This document shows, piece by piece, positions 30,140-40,479 of a stretch of DNA of 64,000 nucleotides. This stretch comes from Candidatus Bathyarchaeota archaeon (GTDB lineage: Archaea; Thermoproteota; Bathyarchaeia; TCS64). Location of the stretch: contig CAVYVF010000002.1 in the NCBI GenBank assembly GCA_963771885.1, forward strand, positions 416,001 through 480,000, given 5' to 3'. How positions within the stretch are numbered: position 1 is the first letter of the stretch; each line of letters starts with the position of its first letter. The notes under the pieces were generated by a model, which saw only the letters and a program-made list of their open reading frames with translations, had not been told where the DNA came from and made no database searches. The position numbers and the translations under genes are program-made.

Positions 30140-31423
30140 TTAGGGCTTGTAGAAGTAGGGGAAGCCCGCGTAGACCTTGATGCCGAGGACGAGGTTCTCG
30201 ACGGTTATGTACTCGTTGGGCTGGTGGGCTACGCCGCTTATGCTAGTGCCATAGCCTAGGCTGGGGATGCCGGCTATCTTGCTCGTACTTATTCCGTCGG
30301 TTCCACCTGTAAGTATCTTCATACTCGGCCTCTTACCAGTCACCTTCTTGATAGTCTTTGAAAACTGCTTGGCAAAGACGGTGTCGGGGCTCTCGTAGAA
30401 GCCCGCCTTGTCGCCTAGCCTAGCGTGGGTTTCGCGCCCCGACGCCACCTCGACGCCTGAAATGTTCGCCGCCTTTACTATGCGCTCTATCTCCTTCTTG
30501 ACGGTGGATACGCTGGCACCTGGGGTGAGACGTATGTCGAACTCCGCCTCAGCGTAGTCTGGGACGACATTGATCTTGACGCCACCATTGATGATGTTAC
30601 ATGTGACGGATGGATAGTTGAACATGCGCCTGACCATCTTTTGAAGTTCAGGCGTCTTGGAGTCACCCATATAGAACTTGACGCTGTCCCTGATCGGCTT
30701 GTTGAGTGCCTCGGGGAGGTCGAGCTTGAAGTTGCCGATCTTGTAGACTTCGGGGATGACCTTGACGAGCTTCATGATGGCGTTGTCACCGAGGAATGGG
30801 GTGCTACCGTGGGCTGTCTTACCCTTGGCGATGATGCGCGTCTGCGCCCCGCCCTTGCAGCCTAGGTCGATGCTCGGGCTCTCAGCGCCTCCTCCGTTGC
30901 CGTCGCCGATGATACAGACATCGCCCTTGAAGTGGCCTGACTCTGCGAGCCACTTGGCTCCGGCTCCGCCGCCTATCTCTTCGTCGCTTGTGAACCAGAA
31001 CTCTACGGGGTGGGGTACCTTCATATTGCTGAGTATACGCGCGCTGACCATGGCGGATGCGCAGCTGCCCTTCATGTCGCTGCTACCCCTGCCGTGGACG
31101 ACTCCACCCTTTATGACACCGTCGTAGGCTGGGTATTTCCAAGCATCGGGCTTACCCTCGGGGACGACGTCGATGTGCCCCACCCATAGGACCTTGTGGT
31201 CGGACTTGCCGGGTATCTTTGCCACGATGTTCGGCTTCTTAGGGTCCTGCGCGTGAACCTCGTGCTCGATGCCGTATTTTTCTAGGTACTCACCTATGTA
31301 GAGAACGATTTCGTCCGTGCGCCCCTCAGGGTGGGCGCTGTTGAACTTGACGAGCCCTGATGTGAGCTCGGCTACTTCCTTTCCAGACTTTTCTGCTTCC
31401 GTGAAAATCTTCGAGATGCTCAT
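30140..31423 (-). CDS. M20-family metallopeptidase/deacylase (ArgE/DapE-like)
   Basis: GHIDVVP, GRGSSDMKG, DEEIG, AHQPNE. Confidence 0.9.
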   Translation of the reverse strand: MSISKIFTEAEKSGKEVAELTSGLVKFNSAHPEGRTDEIVLYIGEYLEKYGIEHEVHAQDPKKPNIVAKIPGKSDHKVLWVGHIDVVPEGKPDAWKYPAYDGVIKGGVVHGRGSSDMKGSCASAMVSARILSNMKVPHPVEFWFTSDEEIGGGAGAKWLAESGHFKGDVCIIGDGNGGGAESPSIDLGCKGGAQTRIIAKGKTAHGSTPFLGDNAIMKLVKVIPEVYKIGNFKLDLPEALNKPIRDSVKFYMGDSKTPELQKMVRRMFNYPSVTCNIINGGVKINVVPDYAEAEFDIRLTPGASVSTVKKEIERIVKAANISGVEVASGRETHARLGDKAGFYESPDTVFAKQFSKTIKKVTGKRPSMKILTGGTDGISTSKIAGIPSLGYGTSISGVAHQPNEYITVENLVLGIKVYAGFPYFYKP

Positions 31424-31739
31424 ATGGTGAAGAGGTGTGTGGAAGGTGGTTTTACCACTTTCCCCGATTTACTTCGATTCTGTCTTGGATCGTGGCTTTA
31501 ACAGCAGGAAGACGATGAGGGCAATGATGATGAAATCAACAAGCGCCCGCGCGCGCTTATTTAGGAAGTGAATGAACTCCTGACTGAAAGCCCTCTTCGG
31601 CGGGGGCAGTCGGCGCATGGTGGGCTTCGGGGTGAGCAACTCCTTGATCGTTCGAAACTCCTTTAAAATCAACTTCTGTTGTTCCTTAGTGACATTGAAT
31701 CTGTGGATATCTCGCTCTGGCGTTGAAAAAGTTGTTTGC

Positions 31740-32787
31740 CTAAGGAATGCTCCGTTCCTCGAGGCGTTTGAGCAAAGCGTCCATCTTCTCGGGTAAGAGC
31801 TTCCTTATCGGCAATTGGTATGGGCAGCTAATCTCGCATGCGCCGCAATCTAGGCAAGCTGCGACCTTCGGGGCGACCTCTCTTGTCTGTTTCATGACAC
31901 CTTCCGTCCATCCCATTCGGCGCAGGGTACTCATCTCGGTGCGGAGCACGAAGCTGATTGGTATCCCCGCTGGGCATGGCTGGCAGTAGTCGCAAGCGGC
32001 GCAAAACTCGTCGCCGAGAGCGGTTCTATCCACCTCGATTGAGTCAAGTTCGTCCCTCGACAAAACTAGGTCTTCGCCGCAGACGGCGACGTTCTGCTCG
32101 ACCTCAGTGATGCTTTGCATGCCGGGAATTGTGCAGTCGCAGTTCTTGTCGGCGAGTACAAACTTGAGGGCGGTCGAGGCGTTCGTGAAGGCGCCTCCCC
32201 CAAAGGGTTTCATGATGATTGTGCCGACGTCCATCCTCTTGCAGGTTGGTAAGAGTTCATTCCCCGGCTCGAGTGCAATGTAGTTGTAGCCGACCATGAT
32301 GGTCTCGAATGGGCTGCCCTCGGCGATTATCCTGTTGAGGAAGGTTGGACTGTGGCTCGTCACGCCGATATGGCGGGCTATGCCCTCGTCCTTGATCTTT
32401 AGCAACTCCTCGAGGGCTCCGCCGGGCTCCTGCATTGTCTTCCATCCTATGTCGGTGACGTTGTGGAGCTGGTAGAGGTCGAGGTAGTCGGTGCGTAGGT
32501 TATTGAGGCTTTTAGCTAGATTCTCGCGGAGCTCCTTCGCCAGTCTTGGCGGGGCTCTTAGTGGCGATGAGTATCCTATCCCTGACGTCAGCGAGAGCCT
32601 TGCCTATCCTCTCCTCACTCGTCGTATAGCCGCGCGCTGTGTCGTAGTAGTTTATCCCGAGCTCATAGCATCGCCTGACGACGCCGATCGCCTCCGCCTC
32701 GGAGACTCTCTGTATGGGTATGCCGCCGAAGCCCACCTCAGTTACCATGAGGTCGGTCTTGCCGAGCCTCTTCCTCCTAAGAACCAT
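31740..32787 (-). CDS. Aldo/keto reductase with C-terminal 4Fe-4S domain (frameshift near 32541)
   Basis: LGKTDL, GFGGIP, YDTARGY, ATK, then TDYLDLYQLHN, IGVTSH, MKPFGGG, CAACDYCQPCP and CLDCGACEISCP. Confidence 0.85.
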
Positions 32788-32840
32788 AGATGAGGTTTAG
32801 GGATGAGGATTAATAAATGGTTTAGCAGCATGGGTAGTTC

Positions 32841-34733
32841 ATGAGCAATCCAGTCACGATGAACAAGCCGGGGGAGACGGTGCTTCTTATGGGCAATGAG
32901 GCAATAGTCCGTGGCGCCCTCGAAGCAGGTATAAGGATAGCTGCCTCCTACCCAGGCACACCGGCCTCGGAGATAGGCAACACTCTCGCTGAGATCGCAA
33001 AGGAGGTAGGCATCCACTTCGAGTGGTCGACAAACGAGAAAGTTGCCTTCGAGGTAGTCTACGGCGCCTCGATGTGCAACCAGCGTGGCCTCGTGCCGAT
33101 GAAGCACGTCGGGTTGAATGTAGCGCTCGACATTGTGGAGATGGCGGCACTCAGAGGCGTTAAAGGGGGACTCGTCTTCGTCAGCGCCGACGATCCGAGT
33201 CAGCATAGCAGCGGGCAGGAGCAGGATCAGCGCTGGGTGGCGAAGCAGAACTGTATTCCCGTCCTCGAGCCAAGCGACCCACAGGACGCCAAAGACTTCA
33301 CCGTGCAGGCATTTGAGATATCGGAGAGGCATAAGCAGCCCGTCATGCTTCGTACAGTGACCCGCGTCAGCCACATGAGGAGTGGCGTTAAGCTCGGCGA
33401 GCTTAAGAAGCTTGACAGGGAGGCGAAGTTCGACTTCGAGCAGTTCAGCTACGTCGTCGCGGGTTTCGACAAGATGTTCTATGGCAGGGAGAAGGAGGCT
33501 AACTTGAAGATCGCCAGGATGGTTCTCGAGTTTGACATCTCTCCTCTGAACAGGCTCATGATGTCGGGGAAGGAGAAGGTCGGCGTAATCGCGACTGGGC
33601 AGACATACAACTACGTCATGGACGCACTTGTCAAGTTGGGTGCAAAGGACAAGGTCGCCGTCCTCAAGCTGGGCACGTCAAACCCCCTCCCTGAGGGACT
33701 TGTAACGAAGCTACTCAAGGGCGTCGAAAAGGTACTCGTCACCGAGGAGCCCGACCCCTTCGTCGAGCTACATGTCAAGGCACTCGCCAAGGACGCCAAC
33801 TCCAAGGTCGAGCTCTACGGGCGCATCGGAGGCAAGCTACCCGCAGAGGGCGAGTTGATGCCCTACATGGTCGACAGCGTCATCGCCGAGATGCTCGGGC
33901 AGAAACCTGAAGGTAACCCGCGCGCAGATGTCGAAAAGGAGGCGAAGGAAATGATTTTCGGCCGGATGCTCACAGTCTGCGCGGGCTGCCCCCACAGGCC
34001 TAGCATCTACGCCCTCAAGCGCGCTGTCAAGGCGGTCAAAGGCGACATCCATAAGGTCGTCGTCAACGGTGACATAGGCTGCTACGGGTTAGCTTGGGCG
34101 CCGCCTATGAGCTACGAGGATACATACTTCTGCATGGGGGCCAGTTTAGGCGTAAGCCAAGGGATGAGCCAGGTAGGCGTCGATACCATCGCCTGGATAG
34201 GTGACGGTACTTTCTTCCACGCCGCTATACCCGCCCTCATGAACGCGGTTCAGACGAAGACAAACATAAAGGTCGTCGTCGCTGACAACAGCGTCACCGC
34301 GATGACGGGCTTCCAGCCCAATCCTCAGTCCGGTAAAATGGCGACAGGCGAGGAGACAAAGAGTGTCTCCATCGAGGAGATCGCCAAGGCAGTGGGCGTT
34401 GAGAATATCGAGGTAACAGATGCCTACGACACGAAGGCGACCGAGGAGGCGTTCAAGAGGATGCTCAAGACGGATGGCGTCGCCATGGTCATCAGCAGGC
34501 GCGTCTGCGCCACCGAGGCGATCCGCAGGATGAGACCGAAACGCCCTGTCCCATACGAGGTCAACGAATCCAAGTGTGTTGGGTGTAAACTCTGTCTTAG
34601 TACATTCGGTTGCCCCGGTCTAAGTTTCGACGAGGCAGCGAAGAAAGCGAGCATAGACCCGACCATCTGCATGGGCTGCGGCGTCTGTGCCCAGGTTTGT
34701 AGCGTCGGCTGCATCCACGGGAGGGACGAGTGA
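32841..34733 (+). CDS. iorA: Indolepyruvate:ferredoxin oxidoreductase alpha subunit
   Basis: GNEAIVRG, YPGTP, NEKVA, KHVGLNVA, CAGCPHR, GDIGCY, GDGTFFH, TAMTGFQP, C-terminal 2x4Fe-4S. Confidence 0.93.
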   Translation: MSNPVTMNKPGETVLLMGNEAIVRGALEAGIRIAASYPGTPASEIGNTLAEIAKEVGIHFEWSTNEKVAFEVVYGASMCNQRGLVPMKHVGLNVALDIVEMAALRGVKGGLVFVSADDPSQHSSGQEQDQRWVAKQNCIPVLEPSDPQDAKDFTVQAFEISERHKQPVMLRTVTRVSHMRSGVKLGELKKLDREAKFDFEQFSYVVAGFDKMFYGREKEANLKIARMVLEFDISPLNRLMMSGKEKVGVIATGQTYNYVMDALVKLGAKDKVAVLKLGTSNPLPEGLVTKLLKGVEKVLVTEEPDPFVELHVKALAKDANSKVELYGRIGGKLPAEGELMPYMVDSVIAEMLGQKPEGNPRADVEKEAKEMIFGRMLTVCAGCPHRPSIYALKRAVKAVKGDIHKVVVNGDIGCYGLAWAPPMSYEDTYFCMGASLGVSQGMSQVGVDTIAWIGDGTFFHAAIPALMNAVQTKTNIKVVVADNSVTAMTGFQPNPQSGKMATGEETKSVSIEEIAKAVGVENIEVTDAYDTKATEEAFKRMLKTDGVAMVISRRVCATEAIRRMRPKRPVPYEVNESKCVGCKLCLSTFGCPGLSFDEAAKKASIDPTICMGCGVCAQVCSVGCIHGRDE

Positions 34734-35326
34734 TGGTGACTACTCGCATAGTCATTGCGGGTGTCGGAGGGCAGGGTACGCTACTTGCGACACGCCTCAT
34801 CGCTGAGACGGCAATAAGGAAGGGGCTACAGGTCCGCATCGGCGAAACGTATGGTATGGCTCAGCGTGGTGGCCCCGTTATGGGGCACATACAGATCGGT
34901 GAGGCGTACTCGCCCCAGATCAGGCCGGGGGAGGCGGACGCCCTTCTCGGGTTCGAGATAGCCGAGGCAACGCGTAGGGGAGTCACCTATCTCAAGGAGG
35001 GGGGACTCGCTATAGTAAACAGCAAGAAGCTCCCACCGGTCGAGGTCATCAGCGGGATGCGCAAGTATCCAGAGGAGGGGGAATTGGTAAAGTTACTGAA
35101 GAAGGTGACGAACAGGGTATCCGTCCTCGACGCCACAAAGTTAGCTGAGAAAGCGGGCGACCCCATCGCAACGAACATCGTCATGCTCGGCGCACTAGCC
35201 GTATCGGGCGTCCTACCCTTCAGCGAGGAGGAAATAATCGCCACGATGAAGGAGTCGATACCCGAGAGGTTCCTAGAGCTGAACACTAGGGCTTTCATGC
35301 TCGGCGCCGGGGCGCTGAGGAAGTAG
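34730..35326 (+). CDS. iorB: Indolepyruvate:ferredoxin oxidoreductase beta subunit
   Basis: AGVGGQG, ETYGMAQRGG, NIVMLGA. Confidence 0.92.
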   Translation: MMVTTRIVIAGVGGQGTLLATRLIAETAIRKGLQVRIGETYGMAQRGGPVMGHIQIGEAYSPQIRPGEADALLGFEIAEATRRGVTYLKEGGLAIVNSKKLPPVEVISGMRKYPEEGELVKLLKKVTNRVSVLDATKLAEKAGDPIATNIVMLGALAVSGVLPFSEEEIIATMKESIPERFLELNTRAFMLGAGALRK

Positions 35327-35327
35327 T

Positions 35328-36782
35328 CTATTCCTCCCAGAGTTTATAGCTAAGGGGGGAGATCTCGTCCGCCGTCTGTTTCTTGTAGTGGTGTTCGGGT
35401 ATTCGAGCCCAGATATCCTCGCCTGCCTTCTGGACGTCACGTAGCAGCTTCATCTCATCGATCGTGGTGAGTTTACCGTCCTCGACTACTATCTTTCCGT
35501 CGACTATGACCCATCTGATGTCGGCGCGTTGGCTGCTGTTTATTAGGTTCTTTATAGGATCGCGGTATGGGACGCCGTTGAAAGTCTCCATATCGACTAC
35601 CGCGATGTCAGCGAGCGCGCCGGGAGCGAGTCGTCCGAGGTCGCTTCTCCCCAGCCCCTTGGCGCCGCCGAGTGTGGCGCTGTTAAAGATGTCTCTGCTC
35701 GCACCACTGTGGCAATCCCAGTCAGCCAGCTTCGATGTGTAGCTCGCCATCCTCATCTCGTTCAGCAGGTCCTGGGGCACGGTGTCGGTACCGATACTGA
35801 CGTTTACGCCAGCCTTTAAGTAGGCGGTGTGACTGTGCATCTTGTTGCCTCTCTTAACGAAGACGAGTGGATCGTGGCTTACTGTGGCGCCGCTCTCGGC
35901 GAGTAGAGCGAGGTCGCCACCGTCGATGGGTGGGTAGCTGACCATCGGGTGGCCTGTGATCGCCCAGCCGTGGCCGATTATGAGGTCGGGGCCGAGCAGC
36001 CCGGTGTCTTTTAGGAACTCGACAGGGGTCCTACCGTACATCCTTATCATGTTGTTGAATTCAACGACCCATTGGCCGGCGTGGATAGTGAGGGGCACCT
36101 TGAGCTCGTTCGCCTTGACGCGTATCGCCCTCTGCAGGTCGGCACTGCACTTGTCGACTGTGTCGCCGTAGATGGCGGGGATGAGACGACCTCCGCAGGC
36201 ACCCGTATACTTCTTTACGAACTTTTCCGCCTCGTCTAGCTTCTTAAGCCCAACCTCGAGATCGAGCCACCTTGTTCGTAGGTCGGCGACGGGTACGCGG
36301 TCCCAGACGCCGTCGGAGACTATGGGGCTCTCAGTCGCCCTGATGCCTAGCTCATCGATCGTCTTCACCGCCTTCTCAGCACCTAGGTTGGGCACCATGC
36401 TGATCTCGAGGATCGTCGTGTTACCGCTCTTGAGGCACTCGGCGAGGCTGAACTTGGCGAAGACCTCGTAGTCTGGCCCCCTCATCGCCTGCCCGAGGGA
36501 AGTGAGGTTCTCGCCTAGGCTACTCATGTAAAAGTGTCGGGCTCCCGTATCATCTATGAAACCCTTGTCCTTGGGAGCGCTAGCGGCGTGTATGTGGGTG
36601 TTGATGAGCCCAGGCATGACGAGCCCCGTCGGGGCGTCGATCCACCTGTCGACCTTCCCGTCGTAGCTCTTCCCGACGTGCTTGATTTTCTTACCCTCGA
36701 CGACGACTACGCCGTCGCGGATTATCCTATGCTCCTCGCCGTCGAAGCCGACGACGAACTTACCCCTGACACCGAGAGACAT
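35328..36782 (-). CDS. Amidohydrolase (chlorohydrolase/deaminase family)
   Basis: PGLINTHIH, IHAGQ, SIGTD, GALADIAVVD. Confidence 0.85.
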   Translation of the reverse strand: MSLGVRGKFVVGFDGEEHRIIRDGVVVVEGKKIKHVGKSYDGKVDRWIDAPTGLVMPGLINTHIHAASAPKDKGFIDDTGARHFYMSSLGENLTSLGQAMRGPDYEVFAKFSLAECLKSGNTTILEISMVPNLGAEKAVKTIDELGIRATESPIVSDGVWDRVPVADLRTRWLDLEVGLKKLDEAEKFVKKYTGACGGRLIPAIYGDTVDKCSADLQRAIRVKANELKVPLTIHAGQWVVEFNNMIRMYGRTPVEFLKDTGLLGPDLIIGHGWAITGHPMVSYPPIDGGDLALLAESGATVSHDPLVFVKRGNKMHSHTAYLKAGVNVSIGTDTVPQDLLNEMRMASYTSKLADWDCHSGASRDIFNSATLGGAKGLGRSDLGRLAPGALADIAVVDMETFNGVPYRDPIKNLINSSQRADIRWVIVDGKIVVEDGKLTTIDEMKLLRDVQKAGEDIWARIPEHHYKKQTADEISPLSYKLWEE

Positions 36783-36826
36783 GGGGGATGTGTACAGCCC
36801 AGCGGTTAAAAGGATGAATACGGGGC

Positions 36827-37672
36827 CTAGATGTTCTGGCCCAATAGGAGACTCGCGGTCACGGCGATTATGAGTATTATCACCGTCTCCGCTAGAGTGA
36901 TCTTCCAGTTTACTCTCGTCTTCCGCGACCTGTAGCGGACGAGGAAGACGCCGACTATCACTCCGACGAAGCCGAGGGAGACGAGGATGTTGAGTGGGCT
37001 TGGCAGTAATAGATAGAGGCCGATGGGGATGATACCGGCGAAGAAGGTCGTGACACCGCTCACCACCGCCGCCTTAAGGTTCGACCGGTTCAGGTCCTTT
37101 CTGAAGATGTTGAAGAGGCGCGAGATGAGGCGTAGGCTCTTCTCCCGCTCATCCTTGTCGGGGATGTCGTGGAGGCTGAAGTTGATTATCCTCTGCAGGC
37201 TGATGATGTCGCTCAGGTCCTCCGTCTTGCCGCCTAGGAAGAAGCTGCTAAAGTTCGTTAGCGCCACGCTAGCGAGTGTAAGGAGTGTGGCGAAGATCGT
37301 GTGGGATGTATCGAGGTTCGTCAGGTAGCTGCTCAAAATGACTACGAGGCCGGTGATGCTTCCGTCGGTGAGCCCGGTGACGGTCTCAAGAACGGGTTCT
37401 TCGCCGACGAAGAGGTTCTCCCACTCCCCGCTTAGGAGGAGTCCGCTGCTCGTGAGCTCGACTATGCCCTCGGGTGTCACCACGACGAGGCCTTCAGCGG
37501 TCATCTCCACCATAGCATCGTCGAACTCCGTGGGTGTGATACACATGTCACGCCCGCAGATCTTGTCAAGCCTGCTCACTAGGCTGGTCCTCGACGCACG
37601 CTTCTTGTTCTGTAGCTCTAGCAGGGTGACGATTTTGATGACATCGGGGAGCTCCTGGATCTCGAAGGACAA
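36827..37672 (-). CDS. Winged-helix plus VIT1/CCC1-like membrane domain fusion
   Basis: N-terminal wHTH-like segment (MTAEGLV...VELTSSG) followed by VTGLTDG and about five TM helices. Confidence 0.6.
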   Translation of the reverse strand: MSFEIQELPDVIKIVTLLELQNKKRASRTSLVSRLDKICGRDMCITPTEFDDAMVEMTAEGLVVVTPEGIVELTSSGLLLSGEWENLFVGEEPVLETVTGLTDGSITGLVVILSSYLTNLDTSHTIFATLLTLASVALTNFSSFFLGGKTEDLSDIISLQRIINFSLHDIPDKDEREKSLRLISRLFNIFRKDLNRSNLKAAVVSGVTTFFAGIIPIGLYLLLPSPLNILVSLGFVGVIVGVFLVRYRSRKTRVNWKITLAETVIILIIAVTASLLLGQNI

Positions 37673-37805
37673 GTTCTCACTCGCTGGGGACGGGCGTGGC
37701 TATAGCATGTATCTTATAGAAGGCACGTAGAAAATGCTTACCCTCAGCCGTCCGTTGCGAGGCACCGCAAGATTTTAAAAGCGTCGCCCGTCTGCTTCTT
37801 GTCGA

Positions 37806-38201
37806 GTGGTGAACAATGTCCCACCAATTCGCTTGCTAGAAGCCGACGAGGGTGACCTCAAGCGGCTTCTACTCCGCGCGCTTAACGAGAACCAGGTTCT
37901 GATTCTGAGCAACATCGGTGGTAGCGGGGAGAGGGTCTCGCGCATCCTGCAGAGGATTAGCGAGACACGTGGCGTTCCGCTCTCGACGCTGAAGCTCAAC
38001 GCTAAGATACTAAGGGAGCTTAGACTCATCCGCTACGGCACGCTGTCGGAGCCGGATGAGGCGAAGCTGACGCCCCTCGGTAGGAACGTCCTCGATTTCG
38101 TGGACGACCCCGCCCACAGGTGTGCGTCTGTCCAGCCGCCGCGGCTCCGCCCGGATCGGGGCAGGTGTTTTAAGTCATCCACCGCACATCTAGGCGACTA
38201 G
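37806..38201 (+). CDS. Winged-helix DNA-binding protein
   Basis: VPLSTLKLNAKILRELRLI...AKLTPLG pattern. Confidence 0.6.
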   Translation: MVNNVPPIRLLEADEGDLKRLLLRALNENQVLILSNIGGSGERVSRILQRISETRGVPLSTLKLNAKILRELRLIRYGTLSEPDEAKLTPLGRNVLDFVDDPAHRCASVQPPRLRPDRGRCFKSSTAHLGD

Positions 38202-38203
38202 CG

Positions 38204-39283
38204 ATGCCCGAAGCCAAGAAGAAGATGAACGCCGAGGAGGAGCTCAAAGACATATACACGAGGCTCCACCCCCAGGTTCTATCCGAGTTCGAGGACATGA
38301 TGCCTCAGTACTGGGGCAGCAAGTGGAAGGCGAACACGAGCATAGGCAAGCTACGCACCGTGCTCGTCCACCGCCCCGGGAAGGAGTTCCTCAACGTTGG
38401 GAAGAAAACGCCGTGGCCGCCCCACGAGGCGAGCCTGAACGCATGGCGCATGATGGAGAAGCCTAACCTCGACGAGCTCGTAAAGCATCACGAAAATCTA
38501 GTCAAGGCGTACAAGGACAACGGCGTCCGCGTCGTAGTCCGCGACCCCGATGAATCAGAGATGCCCTACCAGGTAAAGGCTATCTACACGGACGATGTCT
38601 GTCACCCCGCTGTCTACGGGCAGGTCATTCTGCGTATGTATGACTGGATCAGGATGGGTGAGGAGAAGCCCACCTACCAGACCCTCGCTAAGATTGGTTG
38701 CCCTGTTGTCGGCATGATCACTGGAAATGGCATGGTCGAGGGCGGTCCCTGCGGTTGGCTGGACGAGAAGCATATGATAATTGAGGTCCATTACCCGCGC
38801 GGCAACACTGGTGACCCAGCTATACACCGCGCGAACGAGTCGGGCCACGAGCAGTATGTCCGCATCGTCAAGCAGCAAGACCCTGAGGTCGATATACGAC
38901 TCGGCCCCGGCTACGGCACGAGGAAGGGCACCATCCACTACAGCATGATCGACCGTCACACGAGTGTCGCCGATCCCAGCTTCTATGACCAGTACCTCGT
39001 CGAGTGGATGAGGAGGGAGATGAATTGGAACTTTATCACGCCCCCTGACGACCTCGTCAGCATCGACACCCGTGGCTTCAAGAAGGGTCCAGACACGGGT
39101 GTCGTCCTCGGCCCCATGAAGATCATGGTCCCGGCGGCGAATCCCAAGAACATAAAGTGGCTCGAGTCTATAGGTGTCGATGTCGTCCAGGTGGAGTGTA
39201 GTAGCCTCGTCCGCCCGCGGAACAGCGGTAGCATCCACTGTACGAGCGGTAGCCTTCAGCGCGATCCCGAACCCGTCGACTAA
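38204..39283 (+). CDS. Amidinotransferase/arginine deiminase (pentein) family protein
   Basis: GKLRTVLVHRPG, YTDD, VEGG, terminal GSIHCT with the catalytic Cys. Confidence 0.82.
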   Translation: MPEAKKKMNAEEELKDIYTRLHPQVLSEFEDMMPQYWGSKWKANTSIGKLRTVLVHRPGKEFLNVGKKTPWPPHEASLNAWRMMEKPNLDELVKHHENLVKAYKDNGVRVVVRDPDESEMPYQVKAIYTDDVCHPAVYGQVILRMYDWIRMGEEKPTYQTLAKIGCPVVGMITGNGMVEGGPCGWLDEKHMIIEVHYPRGNTGDPAIHRANESGHEQYVRIVKQQDPEVDIRLGPGYGTRKGTIHYSMIDRHTSVADPSFYDQYLVEWMRREMNWNFITPPDDLVSIDTRGFKKGPDTGVVLGPMKIMVPAANPKNIKWLESIGVDVVQVECSSLVRPRNSGSIHCTSGSLQRDPEPVD

Positions 39284-39340
39284 CCGTTTTACCCGTAGCC
39301 GTGAAACCGTTTTAATACTTGAGGAAACCATCCCCGTGTT

Positions 39341-39883
39341 ATGAAAGCCGGAGAAAAGGCAACGCATTTCTCAGTCAGGGATCTCGCTGTCATCGTTTTG
39401 ATGGCCTCCCTCGGTGCCGTCGTCAGTGTCCCACTTGGCTACCTCGGCAAGGCGCTGAACGCCTTCGCCATACTGCCCTTTGGCGCTCCACAGCTCCTTT
39501 CGGGGGTACACGTGCTCTGGCTACTCATCGCGGCACTATACACGCGGCGCGTGGGCTCCGCCGCGGTGACGAGTGTGATCAAGGGGCTAATCGAGGTCAC
39601 CCTCTTCAGCGCGCAGGGGGTCACGGCGATACCGATCTCCATAGCTGAGGGGCTGCTCCTCGAGGCGGGGTTGCTGGCGCTGGGGAGGGATCGGTGGTGG
39701 TCTGTAGCCGTCGCCGGCGGATTATCAGCCGTGGGGAACGTGATAGTCCTGAGGCTGCTCGTTCTCTTTACCCTACCGTCTGAAGTCATTATCTTCATGG
39801 CGGTGCTCGCCTTCGCCTCGGGGGCGGTCGTTGGCGTCTTCTCGCTAAGGGTCAACGAGTTGGTGAATCGGGTCGTCCATTAG
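39341..39883 (+). CDS. ECF transporter S component (YkoE-like)
   Basis: FSVRDLAVI start, about six TM helices, RRVGSA, EGLLLE. Confidence 0.7.
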   Translation: MKAGEKATHFSVRDLAVIVLMASLGAVVSVPLGYLGKALNAFAILPFGAPQLLSGVHVLWLLIAALYTRRVGSAAVTSVIKGLIEVTLFSAQGVTAIPISIAEGLLLEAGLLALGRDRWWSVAVAGGLSAVGNVIVLRLLVLFTLPSEVIIFMAVLAFASGAVVGVFSLRVNELVNRVVH

Positions 39884-40479
39884 GCGTACCTCGCCTTCAT
39901 CTCATCGGCTCGCCCGCAGCTGAACTTACCCTCGGGACACTTGCCGAGCTGGACGCAATAGGGTCCCGCGCCCTCGAAGAGGGTCGGCTCCGCCTCCCTA
40001 ACCTGTCTCAGCATCTCCTCCGCCATGGCGCGCACCTCCCACTGGGCTCTGCTGCATAGGCGGAGCCCGAAGAAGTGCATGAGGCTCGCGCCGTCCATCG
40101 TCATTATTAGGCTCGTCTCGGTGGCGTTTGGTAGTACAAATCGGGCGTCCTCGCGGGGAACGCCGGCGTCTACGAGGCTTGTGTAGGCGTCGCTTGCCTC
40201 TGAGACGAAGTGGTTGAAGCGATCACGTCCCTTCTCCGCCACGGTTGGCGGCGTCACGATGTGTTCCCCGAGCCTCTTCACCTGTATGTAGCGTTGGCTT
40301 TGTTGGCTGAAGCTGGCGACCCTGTGGCGGACCAGCTGGTGGCTACACGCCCTGCTAATTCCCTCGATGGCGAAGGTGAAGGAAAGGTGTCTCAGGAATT
40401 CACTCTCAGGTACCTCGGAGATAGGCAGAGCTTCAAGCAGCTCCCTGCTGGGCGTATGGGTGAGTAGCTCGACCTTCAC
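39880..40479 (-). CDS. thyX: FAD-dependent thymidylate synthase
   Basis: FTFAIEGISRACSHQLVRHRVASFSQQSQRY, EDARFVLP, RLCSRAQWEVR. GTG start after GGAGG. Confidence 0.9.
   Translation of the reverse strand: MKVELLTHTPSRELLEALPISEVPESEFLRHLSFTFAIEGISRACSHQLVRHRVASFSQQSQRYIQVKRLGEHIVTPPTVAEKGRDRFNHFVSEASDAYTSLVDAGVPREDARFVLPNATETSLIMTMDGASLMHFFGLRLCSRAQWEVRAMAEEMLRQVREAEPTLFEGAGPYCVQLGKCPEGKFSCGRADEMKARYA

Noticed and set aside
31469..31672. 67-aa ORF with a C-terminal hydrophobic stretch
   Set aside because: No recognisable family or clear start signal; may be a remnant.
38555..39367. Long antisense ORFs (this one, and e.g. 973-1623, 18694-19284, 23186-23860, 55214-55786)
   Set aside because: Shadow ORFs opposite well-supported genes in GC-rich sequence.
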